This document shows, piece by piece, positions 63,326-64,000 of a stretch of DNA of 64,000 nt. The translations under genes and the position numbers were made by a program. Within the stretch, counting starts at the first letter, position 1; each line of letters begins with the position of its first letter. Origin of the DNA: Lama guanicoe (Eukaryota); the NCBI GenBank assembly GCA_013239625.1, contig MU056000.1, forward strand, positions 11,049,175 through 11,113,174, in the 5' to 3' direction. The notes under the pieces were generated by a model. It was not told where the DNA came from and ran no database searches. It saw nothing but the letters and a program-made list of their open reading frames with translations.

Positions 63326-64000
63326 ACATAGATAAGTAGTAAGTGGGTAAAACATATATACATAGAAAGGAACCAAAAGCAAGAGCATGCAAGTATTATG
63401 ATCTCTGAGTTGTGACATACATGATTTATTCTTTCTTAATCATACTTTTAATAATTTTCTGAAATTCACATTAGAATAAAGAACTATTACAATAAAAACA
63501 TTATTAAATGTAATTGGTGATGTGGTGACTTTGTAATAACATGAAATGCAACTCTGAAAAAAGCTAATTTCAAGGTTGGCTAATAGATCCCTGCTGGACA
63601 GCAAACTCAGCATTTTCAGGAATGTACTGGTGGTTTGGAATGGTTAAATGGGACTGGCTCTGGGGTGGAGGCAGACTGGCTGGGGTCACATGAGGGTTTG
63701 TGGGAGGCCAAAGTGGTCACGTGTCAATAAATCCTTTTTACTCTGCATGTTTGTTATAATGCCATTTTCATTTCAGTTTTGCGAGTTCTCAAGATTTTAC
63801 CTCGTCTAGCCCAGTTTTCCTTAGCTACCTACCCTTTCAACTTAATCAGTCATAGTTTATGGAAGCCTACTGTGTACCTGGCGCTAAACTGGTCTTTGTA
63901 TGCTACCGTTCCCTCCCTCCTCGTCCTGCCCTCCTCCACCTTTTCTAGGACGTAAACTACATCAAATTTAATTTGCCTGCCTCCTGTTGTTGCTTTCCTC

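Larger units (their letters stand above)
37469..64000 (+). other. FBXL7: FBXL7 intron 1 (continues beyond the window)
   Basis: GT donor at 37469. I found no downstream exon encoding the expected continuation (KGSSSISSD...), consistent with the long first intron known in other mammals. Confidence 0.75.

Overview
Mammalian genomic DNA, very likely from a camelid (alpaca/camel), judged by a Vic-1-type tRNA-derived SINE at ~53.9-54.1 kb. The only protein-coding sequence I can support is the first coding exon of FBXL7 (MGANNGKQYGSE|G, 37432-37468, + strand) in a CpG island. The rest of the window to 64000 is its first intron, and 1-36.4 kb is upstream intergenic DNA rich in old repeats (MaLR/ERVL/ERV1 LTRs, L1, L2, MIR, DNA transposons). 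Two loci stand out. (1) At 5.6-10.2 kb there is an orphan GC-box/CCAAT CpG promoter with a candidate exon carrying repeated hairpin modules. Its downstream CpG-rich DNA appears to be an AT-rich L1 ORF2 remnant rewritten toward G/C. It faces the 5' half of a younger L1 head-to-head and has been partly tandem-duplicated (1453-bp offset). (2) At 44863-45004 there are two tandem copies of a tRNA-Glu(CTC) 5' half, each ending at the anticodon and bracketed by a 16-bp target-site repeat, i.e. a duplicated tailless tRNA retrocopy inside FBXL7 intron 1. Repeat family names are from recall of consensus sequences, not from a search, and boundaries of old repeats are approximate.
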